The translations under genes were made by a program, and so were the position numbers. From assembly GCF_964355755.1 (NCBI RefSeq), contig NC_092680.1:10044001-10108000 (forward strand): a stretch of DNA of 64,000 nucleotides, in the 5' to 3' direction. The notes beneath the pieces were generated by a model that made no database searches, was not told the DNA's origin, and saw nothing but the letters and a program-made list of their open reading frames with translations. This DNA is from Antedon mediterranea. Taxonomy: Eukaryota > Animalia > Echinodermata. Below are positions 37,986 to 51,900 of the stretch, piece after piece; the first letter of the stretch is position 1; the number at the start of each line of letters is the position of its first letter.

Positions 37986-39728
37986 AAAATCCACCTCTAT
38001 CGACCTGAAATGCAGTGTTCCTCAAGGATCAATACTTGGTCCAGTATTGTTTTTAGTTTACATCTAGCCCTTGAGTGATGTTTCCAATATCATGTGTACG
38101 CAGATGATACACAATTGTATATCAGCTTCAATCCAGCAGAGTTTAATGAGTCGGTTATCGAAGCTTGTGTTGTTGATGTTCAGAATTGGCTAAATAAAAA
38201 CATGCTCTGTTTTTTAACCCTGGTAAAACAGAAGTCTTATTTCTTATTTCAAAACAATCCAAAAATGTGCCCATTGCTAGAAACATCAGCATTGGCAACA
38301 CCCCTATCACACCATCGTTGGAGGTTAGAAATATCGGAGTTGTATTTGACTATGCAATGACTATGTCCAACAACATTAGTAAATCTGAAATCTGTAGTGT
38401 TACCTACCACTTTTGTATCAATTCGCAAATCCTTAACCCACTCCTCGCTTATTAAACTTGTCCATGCCCTAATAACATCACGGCTAGACTACTGCAATGC
38501 CATCTTGTTTGGTCTACCAAATAAAGAACTTAATAAACTACAACTTCTTCTAAATACTGCAGCTCAACTTGTATCCGGTACTTCAAGATTTGCTCATATT
38601 ACAGCATATTATATAAACTTCACTGACTTCCAATGGCTAGACCACCGCCAAGAGGGTGGCCATCATGATGAATTAGTTAAATTTTTTTATATTTTAACTA
38701 TTCTATTCTGCAGAGAAAATTACCAAATAAATCTAAATATTGTTTTGGATGTTTACTGTACCGTATGTTGAAAATATTTTCTGCATCCAATGCAATAAGT
38801 TCAAAGCAACATTAGCACAATTAACCTTTTTATGCAGATATTTGAATACAATTTTTTTTCAGGTACAGCGTATTAACATTGATTGAACAATAAGAGCAAG
38901 TAGTGAGAAATGGTAAATCAGCACAAAATGTATCGTACAGTGGCAACATTCGCAATTTTTTGACTTGTTTCTTACATTACTATTAAAAATGACACTGTAA
39001 TGGATTTTAACGATCCTAGAAGACTGTAGCTACCGTAATTACTGCCACAATTAACACATTGATAATTAGTTGAAGACAAATTGTCACAAAAAAAAACAAT
39101 ACAGGAATTCAATAAAAGATATACTGTTTTTATATATAAATAATGCACTGATGACTGATGCAATGAAGAGAAACGTCTGTCTAGTTTGCGTTATAAATTA
39201 TTACATTTAAAATAACCGTCTAGACCTCTTACAGTACCAACAAATTAACAGCTCGGGTACAATCAGGGGAAACCCCTAGTTGCGTTGATCTATGCAAGTG
39301 CATCATCCATGTTTGTTGTTAGATCAGATCTCAGCTGTGTGGATGCTCATTAACATATCATGCATATGTATGAGTTAGCTCTACCGGCCATATTTTTGAG
39401 CTGACGAGTTGGGAAAAATGATGAACTTATTTTTCTTTTTTCTAAGTGAAATTAATAATATAATAATATAACTACAAAATGGTCTATTCAAAATTTGATT
39501 TATTGATCTTCATGCTTTGAGGAACAATACAACTTTAATAAAAAATTAATGTTAATTAAAAAATTAATTAATAATAACAATTATCTACTCTTGTTTGGTA
39601 GGTATTTGCAACATTCTGAGTCTTGTTTTTGTTTCCGTTTGGTGTTTAGTAGGACCCAAAGCTTTTCATAGGCCTAGCTAGTGCCTAGACAGCATCCTTA
39701 AAGACCAATATGCTTTTGTACTTTTTAG

Positions 39729-39902
39729 GATTATTCAGATATGTCACAATCAGCACTTAAGCGTGGTGCTAATGAGACAAAAGAAATTAAAGCAAAATGT
39801 TTGAAGAAAGGAGATTTTTACAAACCACCAACAAATGAAGAACTAAACTCATTAAAAAAAGATGCTGAAGGGGCAAACCAATCAAATATATTTAGACTAC
39901 AG
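39729..39902 (+). CDS. NOL6: NOL6 first identified coding exon (ATG at 39741)
   Basis: ctttttag acceptor; MSQSALKR...DFYKPPTNEELNSL...IFRLQ; gtaaac donor. Confidence 0.85.
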
Positions 39903-42900
39903 GTAAACTAACCACAGAAAGGTGATGGATTTTATAAATCACTTTAATTATTAATTGGTTTAATTAATATTTTAATTACATTTTTTATCGGAAAATGCTA
40001 ATATATAAATCGTTGTGCAGTAAATCATAATCCATTTATTTGTTTATTTCAGATCCATAATCATCTACTACTGATATCCAGTACATCTGTATTGGCATGC
40101 ACATGGGCTATTGGATACAAATTACCCAAATCTTCCCACTCATAATGCTAATGTTTATTTGTATTCTTTAAAAGGTCAAAGAACTAATAACTGAAGTTGT
40201 TTTAAAAGAAAAAAGAAAGAAAGAGTTAGATGAATTTTTGCATTCATTAAATGAAAAACTATTGAAATTGAAGGACATAAAAATTAAAGATGTGAGTAAC
40301 TACTGTAATATTGTACACAGTTTTCTGAATAAAAATATCTAATATTTGATTTTGCAACAACTTGACCTTTAGGATCAAGTGATTTTAAAAATAACTATTC
40401 TCTTTGATAAACAAAATTAGTAGACATAGAATGGGGTTAAAAATTCCTAAATTAATTATAATTGTTAAAAAAACCCATGCAGTCCTCAATTTAATCAAAG
40501 TTATCAGACATATTACATTTTTGGATATGGTATGGAAACATACAGTTTAAAGTTTCTTCACAAATGAATATGATTTTCTGTTGTGAAATGGCCCGAAAGT
40601 CTCTTTTATTGAAAAAACAAGAAATTAATTCACACTATTTCAAATTTTTTATATGCAGTACACAGCTTTCATTTTTTTGTCATTGTTTTTTTTATATTTT
40701 GATTTTCATCTACCTCTGTAATGTGTCATGACATAGATTTTACTTATTTTTAGGCCAAAGATGGTTCTTGGTTACCTAGGAACATCAAACTTCCAGTTTC
40801 AATTGAAAAAACTCAAGTTAGAAACAAGCTGATACTGAGTAAACCATCATGTGTTAAGGTTGTTGGTAGTTACCTGCTTGGTGCTGCAATCAAACCAATT
40901 TACAATGTTGATATTGCTGTTGCATATCCAACGGTTTGTAATTGTGTTTAAAGTGCTATTTGTTTCTCATTTTTGAAATGTTATAAAACCTCATTGTTAT
41001 ATTACAGATTTTAAATTTCAGACAATAAACAATATGCAAAATAATGAATGTTTATGATGAAAGGTTATATATAACCTTTTATCATTCACCAAATGCCATT
41101 ATTTTTACCATTACACGAATATAAAACATTCATTATTTGCTTAACATCTAAATAGATTCCTGTTAATGTTATTTGAATCAAATAAAAGGTAGGCTTAGCC
41201 AAGGCCTGCATTTGATTCACGTTGATTAAAACAGTAACATTTGGTTTTTAATCATTATATTAAATATTATTATTTATATGGATTTTATAAATGCACCTAC
41301 TGTTAGTGTTAATTATGTCAACAAACAACCAAACAATCTTATCAAGCCAAAAACGCCTAGGCTTAGCCTAATACTAACAGGCCTATGCCCAGCTAGGCTG
41401 TAGCAATACGAAACTTCTCCAAATCGTACACAAAAATCTGCTGGTTGAAAAAATAACAATTTTTAATGTTGCATCGTTATCCCTATCATTAAAATAACAT
41501 GCTCTTTTATAACCTAATTTTCTGGTTTATTTTAGGGGTACATACGTCAAAAGGATTATTTAAACTTTCGTTATCATCACAAACGTTCAATTTATCTCGC
41601 ATACTTGGCGGCAAAGCTAGAACAATGGCAGGACATTGAACAATTAATGTTTACAGCCAATGATCATGTGATGCCTATTCTTACAATCAGGCCAAAAGGT
41701 ATGTTTAGTAATTGAATTTATTATATTTTTTTTCTAAAATCATTTTCTTTCCAATTTCTTCGAATATATATATATATATATTCTGATATTATATTTTGTT
41801 TTGCAGGAAAGATTAATAAAATCGTAAAGATCAACATCAGGCCATGCTTAGAAGATGGAATACTGGACTTGACCAACTTGCAGCCAGATAATGGCAATAT
41901 TAATAAGAAGTGGTTTAATGACATTCCTGAGGAGCCAGCAGGTAAAATAATTGAAGTTTAAGATGTTTTTCCATTAACATAGAGGGAAACATTCAACTAA
42001 CTTGCATTATCAGTGGAGGATCCAGGATTTTATAAGGAAGGCATAGGGCCTAGTAATTGTAAAAGGAACTTCTTCTTATAACCACCTATGACACCTAGAA
42101 ACTTGTTAACAGATTGCAAAAAACCATTTCAATTCTTTTGTAGAGTCCTAATATTGTATGTTCTGGTTAGAACCATGAAAAGATATTGGTAATAAATTGA
42201 TTGTCTAAATACTAAATAAAACCTATGAATGATACATAACTTTTTAGATAACTTTACGTCCACACCACATTACAACACCAGTATATTGCGTGACATCAGC
42301 TTTGAGCATCACCTTCAAATACTCCACGAGGCTGCCTTGGGCTTTGGAGGTATGACAGATGCACTGATTCTTCTGAAAGTTTGGCTTCATCAAAGAAGAC
42401 TGGATGAGGTATGTTAAACAGGAATTACATTGGACTTTGAATGACGAAAAAAGCTTATGTACAATGTATGCATAAACACCAAGCTTAAGATTCAAATAAT
42501 CCAAATATATAAAAAAATACAAAATGAAAATTTCCGAAAAAAGTAGTGTTTTGCCAAATCAGGTCACAATTTGTCAATTTTTGGTAGTGTATGTATCATG
42601 TATCATAGGAAAGTTGTTTCATATTGTGCCACATATCAAATGATTGCTGTATCATACAGTACTGGTCAGAGGACTTTCGACATTCCTCGCGTGTTTTGAA
42701 CGAGTGTTTACCGAGCATTGTTCGAGAATAGCTAGCGATATTCACGAGCGTCGCTATCCTCGAGTAATACATTAAGTTCACAATCCACGCATGAACGGTT
42801 TTATCGAGCAGGGATTTCCGGCGAGCAGTTTATCCCGATGTCATTGTCTTTCGTGTTCCACGTTATTAGCGTGAAAAACTAGGCCGTTGTCGGCGATAAT

Positions 42901-45900
42901 AATTTATTTTAGAAATAGCAAATGTCAATCAACAATCAACAAGTCAGTGATTAACACTGTAACCAAGCTTATAATAAACAATTTTTGTTCGCTCAGTTGT
43001 GACCAGCCGAGTGTAACAAACAAAAATAACATAGCGTTTTCAGAGTATTTCAGGACACCATGTTGATTAAAAATCGTACCGCCTGAAATGTCAGTAATTG
43101 ATTCTATTGTTATTTATTTCAAAATCAAAGGCATACTGTGTCATTTTTTGGGGGCTCTTTAGATGTTTGATATAATAAAATCATTTAATAATGTTAGGCT
43201 TACTTTATTAGGCTTAGTATTTATATGTGAGACTCGACTCTTGCTGCGGGGAGAAAGTGCACGGTAGAGCATAATGTAAACAAAATGTTTAAAATGCTTT
43301 GGTATATTTCTACATAACATATTTAGATTGAATACTTGCTTTATAAATTCTTCATTTATTAGACCACTTAATAAGTTGTTGAATTGAATATTCTACGAGA
43401 AACCAACAAAGTACAAATTATTTTCCAACATTTGTCTCTCGTGTGATGTACACTATATAAACAACAACGTTTGGTAAATGGTACGATCCACTTCGGGGGT
43501 GTCCATATTTTATTATCACGTATTTGACATAGGCAAGGTTCGTGTAAAATCAGAATTTCAAAAATAATAATTTTAATAACAGTATGAGTATATTATAACA
43601 GTTTTTATCTATAAAAAAAAAACGATACTTAAGGATGTTGTTTTTTCAACAAAAACATTACCCCATCTACTCTACTCTACACTGTTAATTGAACCATGTG
43701 ATTGATCTCATAGTTCAGTCAGTAAACACATGGTCTGCAGCCGTGGTGCCGCAACTCGCACATGGCTTAGTTTGAACGTTGTGCAGAAAGAAAAATAAAA
43801 TCATACGTTAAGAAATTACATTTATTTTCAATGAATTACCGTAGCATAGCCTATGTACTGTATGTAATCATCACCGATATAATTATTATGTATATCTAAT
43901 GAACAGTATAAACAAAATAAATAAAGTGCATCCAAACGATCATTTTTGAATGCCGTGGAAAAAATCAACAGAAACAATTTTGTCATATTCGCAGCGCGAG
44001 AGCTGATGAGAAAACCATGTGCTTGCTGCGTGACGTCACATCGCCCAAAGTTTTGTAAATCTAGGGTTGATGACCACCAACATAACAAAGATCGTAGATG
44101 CGCGTCTATGCGAGAAGTGAGCGAGCGATATAGTAGTCTAGCTATCATCTCGGTGTTGTTGACTCGGAATTTGAAGATATGAATTTTACCATGATTTTAA
44201 AGCTGCTCATGTGAATTTTAAACGTATATTTTACTGTTTTTTTATTATGTTAATTAATATATACTTTGTATTATTTGTTGAAGATAAACAAAGTCGGTAA
44301 TCTAAAGATAAAAAGAGCTCATATATTATGTATGTATGATTGATTTCTATTGTTGTTGTAAAACGTTCACGCTTCGCTGGTCGAGGCCAGCACTCGATCG
44401 CTCGATCCCTCGATAAACACTCCAGAAACGCTCCACAAACACTCTAGAAAAACAGCAGAAAAACACGAGCGGGAATGTCGAAAGTCCTCTGACCAGTACT
44501 GTAGGTCATAACCTTTAATAGTGCCACATGTGATACATATGTCACACTGTATTTACAGAATTTGCCTATGATACTGGGCAAATTATGCCATAAGTGGAGA
44601 TACAGTACAGAAAACTATGTGGTTTGATAAGCATTCGTATCTGAATTGTTTTTTTCTTGTTATGAGTAGGGCTTTGGAGGTTTCAACTGTTTTATAATGT
44701 CCATGTTGGTTGTCCACTTACTCAACACAAAAAGGTTAAACAAGAATATGAGCTGTAACCAAGTGTTTAAGAACACACTGTCTTACCTGGGTAAGTAGGT
44801 AGATCGTAGGTCATTGTTCTCGTAGCCTAAGTACGAAGTATTGTTCGTAGCAGCCTACGATGTATTGTTTATGAAATGATAATTATCTGTGTGTTGATCG
44901 TAGGGTGGTTCGTATGGTTCACAACTGTCAACACAATTGTCATTAGCTTTAGAAGCATATTCAAGACAATTCAAACAAACAATGTACAGTACTGACTACA
45001 AATCATGTACTATAACCTGCGTTTGTCGCTCGTGTAAAAAATATGTAATTGCCGCGTGCCTGTATTTGCCGTGTGGACCATGATGTCATCACTTTGTAGC
45101 TTTTTACTGGTAAAATATGGAACTCCCGGTACGACGCCCGCGACAACACACACGTGGGTATCAGTTGTTTTGTTTCTATTGTTTAGGCCTACCATCATTT
45201 ATTTATGTAATCTGAACCCGCCCGTTACTGTATGTAACAAAGTTTATTTTTTCTCTATTGTTAGGCAAACAATAAATAAGAAAGTTTATAGAATTCATGT
45301 AAATCGTTTTTCATCGGGGTTTTGTACATGTGTTGTTTAGAGTTCACGTCGTATTATTTTATATGTTAGGCGTACATCGAGAAGTGTACAACAGGGAGGC
45401 TAGGCTAGAATAGAGAGCTACCTAAGCCCCACAAAAAAAACATATTTAGCGATCTTTAATAGGTCAATAAATAACCTAATAATAGTAATATTATAAAATG
45501 ATGTTTCCTTGTATTTTCCTAACCGTAAGCCAAATATTTATTTAAGAGAGCTAGTGTTTTAGGCCAAGTACAGTATTCGCTCAAATAACTGACTGCTGTG
45601 AATGGGTTTTCCGCCGCCCGTTGTAGAAAGGCAAATTATTACGTTCTTCTAACACGTTTGTTAAATTTATGTATATTTCTATCTAACATGTCTGCATTGT
45701 ATAGTTGCTTTATAAATTCTCTGCTTATGAAACGACTTAATAAGTTGCTAAATTGACGTTTAAAGCAGATATTTGTCTGACATCAGCCCATGTTTATAAT
45801 GAAAACAAAACAAGGTTCCGAAAATGGTACAGTCCAAAATGAGGTGTGCAATTAAATAATTATCAACGTAAACATATGCGCACGGTATTGGGGCTGTAAA

Positions 45901-48900
45901 TATAAGAGAACTGATTTCCCCTGGACGGGAAATGGTAAAAACTTGTATTTATTCGACCTCGCTTCTGTCTCGCTCTGGCTGTGTGCGGAGGATCGCTCCA
46001 ACATGGTTTCGTGGAGCGATTAATGGTCCAGTCCGTAACAAGGGTGTACATTAGTTACCGCGCTAAATACATGCATGATACTGGCGTTGTAATACTATAT
46101 AACTCTTTTCCTCCCAGACGGGAAATGGTAAAACCTTTATGTCATTATTTGGCCTAGCAACTGTGTGTACTCAATGGATGAACTCTACAACGTGGTGCGT
46201 ACAGAAAGTACGTCATTCGATCGGCCACCAGCAATGATCGTGTTTTGTGAATTTCAAGTGTTTGCGAAAGATATTGTTGGGTCTTTTCTACCTTGTTTTT
46301 TTTAATGAGTTTTCTCAAATACTTAATAAATATGACTTAAAAATATATATAAACAAACCCTGAAAGCAAACTAGGCCTAGAACTAGGCCTAGAGTTGTAG
46401 TACTCCTGTTAGTACTAGTATTTTCAATCACAGACATAATTGCATCATGGAGGTTTTTACCTCCATGATTGCACTATGATAAATAAATCCATGTTTTATT
46501 TCAAATAGGCCTATATTTTGTTGTATAAAATGCTGTTATCCTGTACTGTAATTCCAGCTGTTTGATGATGATAATATATATGAACAAAACATCAACAAAT
46601 TATAAATACAGTTCGCTGCAGTTGAATTACTCAATGCAGTAATGCATGAGTGAATATGGACAGTATTGTTAGTACCTAATTACACGCGTTCCACGTAATT
46701 TCACACCCGTGTAAAATGTGTGGGCTTGGTATATGATATGTAGTCAGTACTGTATTGTTTGCTAATTAAAATTCTAGTCAATTTTTGTAGCCGCCCTATG
46801 CATCGGTTATCCGCCCGACGAGATGACATCGGGCCCGTGGCCCTCACAGCTCATGCAGATAGAGTTTCGGCGGTCACACTATATAAATTATTTAATCCTA
46901 TGTGACCAAAACAACTAGGTCTGTATTAATTACGGTCTTCTGTCGGCAGTCTTTTTGAGTGACCGACTGAACATTCTGATACTATATTTAGAATGAACTT
47001 TGTATAATCTTTTTGTCGGCATCGTTTCTGGACGTTCGCTATATTATTTTTATTAGTTGGCCTATTTCATTGTGTTGGATCGTGTCTCTACGTTTTACAT
47101 CTTGGGAAATTCATATATTCGCTGTTGAGTAAGTAAACACGCACGAAGGAAACGAATACAATTAAAAAATATTATATTATATATTTTTTAGTAATGTACA
47201 ACTTCGTCCTCCGCCAGTTAAAATTAACAAATTAATTTTCACACCTTGTGACGTGTGGAAACTCGGCCCAATCGGATTTGATTGAAGCAGCTAGCAAATG
47301 AATTGCGACTAGCAATTTAATCTCCTTTGATGTTGTGGGTATGTTACCGTCTAAAGAGTAATTTCCACCGATCCAGAGAGAGTCAATCAATTCAGTGTGG
47401 TATTGAAAATATCATTATGATATTTATTTTTTAATACACATAACATTTTTACAGGAAAAACAATGCAATCATTATTTTAACTGAAAACTTTATTTACAAT
47501 ATACAAGTTACCGCATTAAAATGGACGATTCAGACAAAAGGGAAAACATGTGTTTACATATCTCGGCGGCGGCTCGTGACTTGCATCGTCCATATAGTGG
47601 TCATGTCACGTGATTTTGGTCCTTGGATATAACATGACACAGCCCAGATATGAACGCGTAAACCACAATGAGCTGAGTCCGCGTAACGAATGTTGAACTG
47701 TTTCGTTCAAATGGACACCGCCAGATGATCACATGCCTTTTGTTTAGATCGCTGGCAAAATGCTGTACGTCTTGGCCAAACGGAACTAACGGAGTGAACG
47801 CAAATGATTTGAATCATATCGAGCGTGTAATAGTTTAAAATCAACAGCAAAAATAATTACTGTAAAACATAAATTTCTCAAAATGACAACAGTAAATGCA
47901 CTTACACCGGGTGCACTGAACTTGGTAAACTTCTGATTCTGATTCTCAATACTAGGCATTTCGGTCCCTGTATGTAACGTGATACAGCCCAGATGGACGC
48001 GTAAACCGCAATGAGTGATGTTGAATGATTCGTACAAAGAGACAATGGCAGACAAGTGCATACCACCTTTTGTTTAGATCGCTGGCATGCATAAAGTGTT
48101 TATAGCCCTCAAACATACGTAAAAAATGCCACGCTGCGGTACCGAGAGAGTATTTATGTATATGCTGTATATAATAAGTATAATAGCGTATGTACTGTAG
48201 TTAACATAGCTACCAATTTTTTTTTCTAGGCCGTACGGCAACACATATGCATTTGGACTTTAAATTCAAGATAGAAAATCAATTATTTAAACATTTTATT
48301 TGTTGACATCATTGACAATTCATAAAATAAACGGTTTAATGTATTTTTTTTAGTGGTTACAGTAACTTGAATTTTCTGACAACTAACTATGAAATTCTTC
48401 AACCTTAAAAAATTTGTTCCTGACAACTAACTATGAAATTCTTCAACCTTAAAAAATTAATAGCGTATGTACTGTAGTTAACATAGCTACCAATTTTTTT
48501 TTCTATGCCGTACGGCGACACATATGCATTTGGACTTTAAATTCAAGATACAAATCAATTATTTAAACATTTTATTTGTTCGTCGATGACATCATTGACG
48601 ATTCATAAAATAAACGGTTTACTGTATTTTTTTTAGTGGTTACAGTACTTGAATTTTCTGACAACTAACTATGAAATTCTTCAACCTTAAAACATTTTTT
48701 CCTGACAACTAACTATGAAATTCTTCAACCTTAAAAAATTAATAGCGTATGTACTGTGGTTAACATAGCTACCAATTTTTTTTTCTAGGCCGTACGGCGA
48801 CACATATGCATTTGGACTTTAAATTCAAGATAGAAATCAATTATTTAAACATTTTATTTGTTCGTCGATGACATCATTGACGATTCATAAAATAAACGGT

Positions 48901-51900
48901 TTAATGTATTTTTTTAGTGGTTACAGTACTTAAATTTTCTGACAACTAACTATGAAATTCTTCAACCTTAAAAAATAAAATTGTTATTTTGTTGAACTTA
49001 ATAATTAGGTTATATATCCTTGACATTTTTAACTTTTGACATTTAATGTCCTTGAAATGTCATGGAATTTTACTAGCGCACAGGTGTACGAATGCTTGAT
49101 AAAGTAATTATCAACGCAAATTTTGTATTTACAGTAACAAGCAATTGGACAGAAAGTGGTATTAGCATCAATAACTCAATTGAAGAAAACCAACCATCTC
49201 TAGCTAGTTTCCATAATCGATTTGATGTTGTTTTTATTGACTCCACTGGGTACTTGAATTTCTGTGCAGATGTTAACAAGAATATTTATCTGGAGGTAGG
49301 ACAGAATACACAATATCATTAGGGACCCTAAAAAAATACAATATGACAAGACATAATATATACGTGTAACAATAAAAATTAAATTAAATTTGAAACAAAA
49401 TAAAATAAAGCACAAATATAGAATTAAACATTAAATTAATGATCAGTCATCTTTTTAACGATCTAAATAAGATTACTAACCGGCAGAATTTGGAGTAAAA
49501 ACATGTGAGCACTGTGAATGGGAACAGGACGAGAAAGAGGATATCGTGTGAACATCTAGGTACTTGTTTACGCTATAATATTGGCCGGCAATATATGAGC
49601 GAGCGAACATCGACGGCTGAGCATTCGCTGCTGCTATTTTTTAAGACCTTGTTTTTATCGATCTCCTCACTGACGGTATCTCTTCTTTTCCTGCAATCCA
49701 ATCGGCTACTCTAGACGTTCGCTAATGTATTAGAAGTTGGTGCCATGGCATATCGTGTTGCTATTGTCTAAATTGTTTATATGAAAAAGAAAGCGATTAA
49801 AAACATTCCAGGCCCCTGTTTATTATTAATATTAAATTATTTATTGAGGTTACGAACTTATAAACGTTTTAAAATGATGCTTGAGATCGGCACCCCCGGC
49901 ATACAATTCAGAGATTTTGTCTTAAAAGGCAAACTGAAACGAATTGTTTGGGGCTTGTTTGTGATGGCTCATTGTTAAACAAAATGTCAAACGATGTTAC
50001 ACGAAGCGATTCAATTTGATTAATTGATTAATCCTTTTCTGTGAATATGCAGACATGTTTCTGCTAAATAAAGCGATTCGTAATGACGTTAAACAATTCG
50101 TAAAAATCAGTCAAGCATGTTAGTGGGCGGAACTATTACAAGCTATGCATATTGTCCATTTTCCAAACGGTCTGACGATTTTAGAATTTGACCATGTATG
50201 TTACCATGTGTTGTGGTTTGCAGTACAAAAAACATGTTTTTAATATATGGCTAAGCAGTGGTTTCTTCATAAATATCATTAATTATCGATGTGATTATAT
50301 TTAAATTGTAGTGCCTGGTGATTGGCTAGTAGTTATGTCATCCACATCACATCCAATCACTGGGCCTAATCGAATGAAAACTGCGATCCCTGATCCGGGA
50401 TTGGCTGGCTATGTATAGATGCGATACGTCACCACTGACTCTACTACTCTCTAGCACTCGTTTTGAAAAGTTAATACAAGGCAAACTTAACCATAAACGA
50501 ACGAAGCATAAAAGTGCCTTGTCTATTACTGCATTATTATTTCCACAAGAAGTAGACAACAGTGAGTATATAGATAATGATTACACGTTGTAGCTACTAC
50601 ACTTAAGATTAGCCTACCAATAGGTCTATATCAATGTCGGAAAATCATAGGGTTTACTAGAAGCCCAGAAGGCCTGGGCCTATAGTATCCTTGCTGATTT
50701 TGTAATTTTACATGTAGGCTGAGACAGCAACTAGTTGTCTCAGATGTAGGGCTACTACAGGTTATAAAATGCTACTTTAAGGTCATAAAAACATTAGCAT
50801 AGATCAATCGCGGCAGATTATGAACATTGGAAAAATGAATGTTTTTTTTATTCAATCTTGTAATTACATTTATTAATAATTTTGTAATATTTCTTGGAGA
50901 TAATTCAATAATTATAATTAAATTCGTCGCAATAGCAGCTAACGCTAAAAATATGAAGTAGTAATCATGCCAATGCTAATATTAGGCATGCGACTGTTTT
51001 GCTGTTAATTAAACTGTGTTTATTTTGTAACATTGTGGGCGGTCCGCGCTTAGTCGGGTTGAGTCATGGAAGCTTTGATCTCAAACTGATGCATATCCTT
51101 CTATTCCTTAATCCATGGTTAACACTGTCAAACGATCAATTTTCGCGATCTGGATTTTTAAATATTAATTAGATTTTTTTCTAAACTATATTGCCTTTGT
51201 TGGTGGTGCTATTACTGCTTACTAGTACTGTATATTAACACGGCGGTCGTTTTGTTTTTCGTAAGTATTTCAGTAACCGCAAACTGTTCAAATATTTGTG
51301 TAATGAAACTGGCTACAGGGTTAATATCTTCATGAATGTCTAATTTCCAGTCGGAAGGACGTGTGTGTGCGTTCAATTGATTAAATGATTAATCCTTTTC
51401 TGTGAATATGCAGCACATAGTGTTTGTTGTGCAGATAAAACAAACAAAAACAAAGACCTGTTTCTGCTAAACAGTATATTTTTTGTAGCAAAAAATAACA
51501 TAAGAATAAATAAAAGCATATTAACTACGACTGTTGCATGCTACACAGGAGGCACATTCAGTGGGTCCCACGTACGATCAACGATTATGAAGATCGGGCC
51601 CATAAAGAAATGGGCCCGATCGCCTGTGGGCTCAATCGTCCATGGGCCCTAGACGGCCCAGTGCTACTGCACAATTTAAAAACATGACCGTAAGTCTCTC
51701 TTTTAGGTGCGAAACTACAATTGCGCCGATGGGGGTCCCCTTCCCCCAGCCTATGTGATGTGGTTGGTATTTTCCTCTTTTTTTTATTTTTCTCACTCTC
51801 ATTCCTGATATAGCTCATAGCTCCACAGCTTATTCTCAGTTGTTTCATAAAGGATCATGTCAAACTTATTCTACTGCAGTTAGTGCAGTAACTACATTTT

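Larger units (their letters stand above)
32380..38635 (+). mobile_element. Old L2-like LINE split into three pieces (~32380-32859, 37334-~37426, ~37990-38635)
   Basis: IINLSLSTGTFP, VTPILKKPSLD, AYRKHHSTESAILKV | HRDII.ALDKG...SAAF | VPQGSILGPVLF, YADDTQLY, HALITSRLDYCN. Confidence 0.85.

Noticed and set aside
41030-41145. atgatga C-box in NOL6 intron 3 as a snoRNA
   Set aside because: No D box (ctga) at a suitable distance; it sits in a small inverted repeat (gcaaaataatgaatgttt / aaacattcattatttgc) that looks like a MITE.
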